Source: Octopus sinensis (Eukaryota). From it: a DNA stretch of 64,000 bases. Below, piece by piece: positions 62,880 to 64,000 of the stretch (positions are counted from its first letter, which is position 1; each line of letters starts with the position of its first letter). The position numbers and the translations under genes are program-made. The notes beneath the pieces are model-generated. The model was not told where the DNA came from. It saw nothing but the letters and a program-made list of their open reading frames with translations, and did no database searches. The DNA lies in contig NC_043011.1 of the NCBI RefSeq assembly GCF_006345805.1, forward strand, positions 992,001 through 1,056,000, read 5' to 3'.

Positions 62880-64000
62880 TTGTGGACAAAATTCTCTCTT
62901 CTGGTAAAAAGGTGTTGACTGAGTTGTGCTATTAGGCTACCTGGTTGGGATAAAAACAGCAGCAACTCTGCCAAGCAGCGATTAAGAATAAATGAACTTC
63001 AGGTTTGTTAAAACATGCTTGTAGCATATTTCAACTTGTAATGGCAAAGTGTCAACAAAATGCTCCACTTGTTCATTTGAACTAGGACGATACGGCAGAG
63101 TGATCACATGTTCAATAACAAACATTTTACAAAACTTTTTAAACTCGTCTGAAGTAGATTGAGTTCCATTATCAACACAATGGAATCAGGAATACCTTAT
63201 CTGGCGAACAATTCGTGTAAAAACCTTACTATAACCACAGATGTCGGCTTTTTACACTTATACACTTCAGGCCACTTTGAAAAATTGTCCACCACAACTA
63301 GGTAATATGAACCCTAAAGTGAACCTGTATGATCAAAATGCAGTCTAGACCATGGAATATCTAATTTTGGCCACGGTTGCCATTTAGTGGTGGGTGCCTT
63401 TGCAGCAAGGGCACACCCTCGGCATGCTTTCATTAGTTCTTCCATGTTGTTGACCAATATACATAACTTCTCATTAACGGTTTCATTCTCAAAATCCCTG
63501 GTTGACTAATGTGTATTTCCTTTCATAATCGCTATTTTAGTGTGGCTGGCACTACAACTCTTTGTGCGTACATCAACATACCGTCGCACATTGAGAATGG
63601 GTTTGTATTTGTATTGCGCATATTTTTTTATCTCTTTGAGTTTTCAGCATTTCTTCTATTTTTTAATGAATTTATCGTTTCCTGATTTTAATTTTATGTC
63701 TTGTGATGTCACTGACAATTCATGTATAACGTTACACCAAACATTTTTAATTTCATTTTTTCTTTGCTTGCAATGCAGCAATCACGGTATCTTCAAATGG
63801 TTCAGCATTTTTTCAAATCTATCTTGATAAACAATCAGCACGTCCTAATTATTAGATGGTATATAGTCCATCTTTAAATCATAGTTTATAATTTAGTACC
63901 CCGGCATTACAACCTATTAGCAGTATGGGTAGGGATTCCTTTCCTTGACCCATATATTGATAATAATGGACAATGATCAGTCTCTAATCGAAAATTTCTG
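62880..64000 (-). pseudogene. Degenerate Gypsy pol (RNase H end + integrase), running off the window
   Basis: NYDLKMDYI..GRADCLSR, CRGCALAAK..PWSRLHFD..YLVVVDNFFKWPEV, GIPDSIV, LPYRPSSNEQVEHFVDTL; many stops. Confidence 0.85.

Overview
A transposon-saturated, AT/CA-microsatellite-rich eukaryotic window. The SINE families and compound (TA)/(CA)/(TACA) tracts suggest an octopus or other coleoid cephalopod (inference, no search run). I found no credible host protein-coding exon, RNA gene or CRISPR array. Almost all long ORFs in the track are translated microsatellites. Main contents: (1) two Penelope-like elements (PLEs; 5.4-12.7 kb and 50.4-57.2 kb). Each is a 5'-truncated RT/GIY-YIG ORF enclosed by long inverted repeats whose outer ends carry a hammerhead ribozyme (HHR) fold; one fold has a compensatory U3-A8 core. 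(2) A 14-kb nest (17.2-31.3 kb): two Tx1-like L1-clade LINEs in tandem, each bounded by an identical 42-bp sequence inside a Helitron-like repeat, which suggests sequence-specific targeting. One copy is internally deleted and carries a complete Gypsy LTR element. (3) A Tc1/SINE/mariner/Tc1 nest (40.1-44.9 kb). (4) Many SINEs, MITEs, LINE relics and short foldback hairpins. All alignments, identities and RNA folds were judged by eye, and approximate boundaries are flagged.
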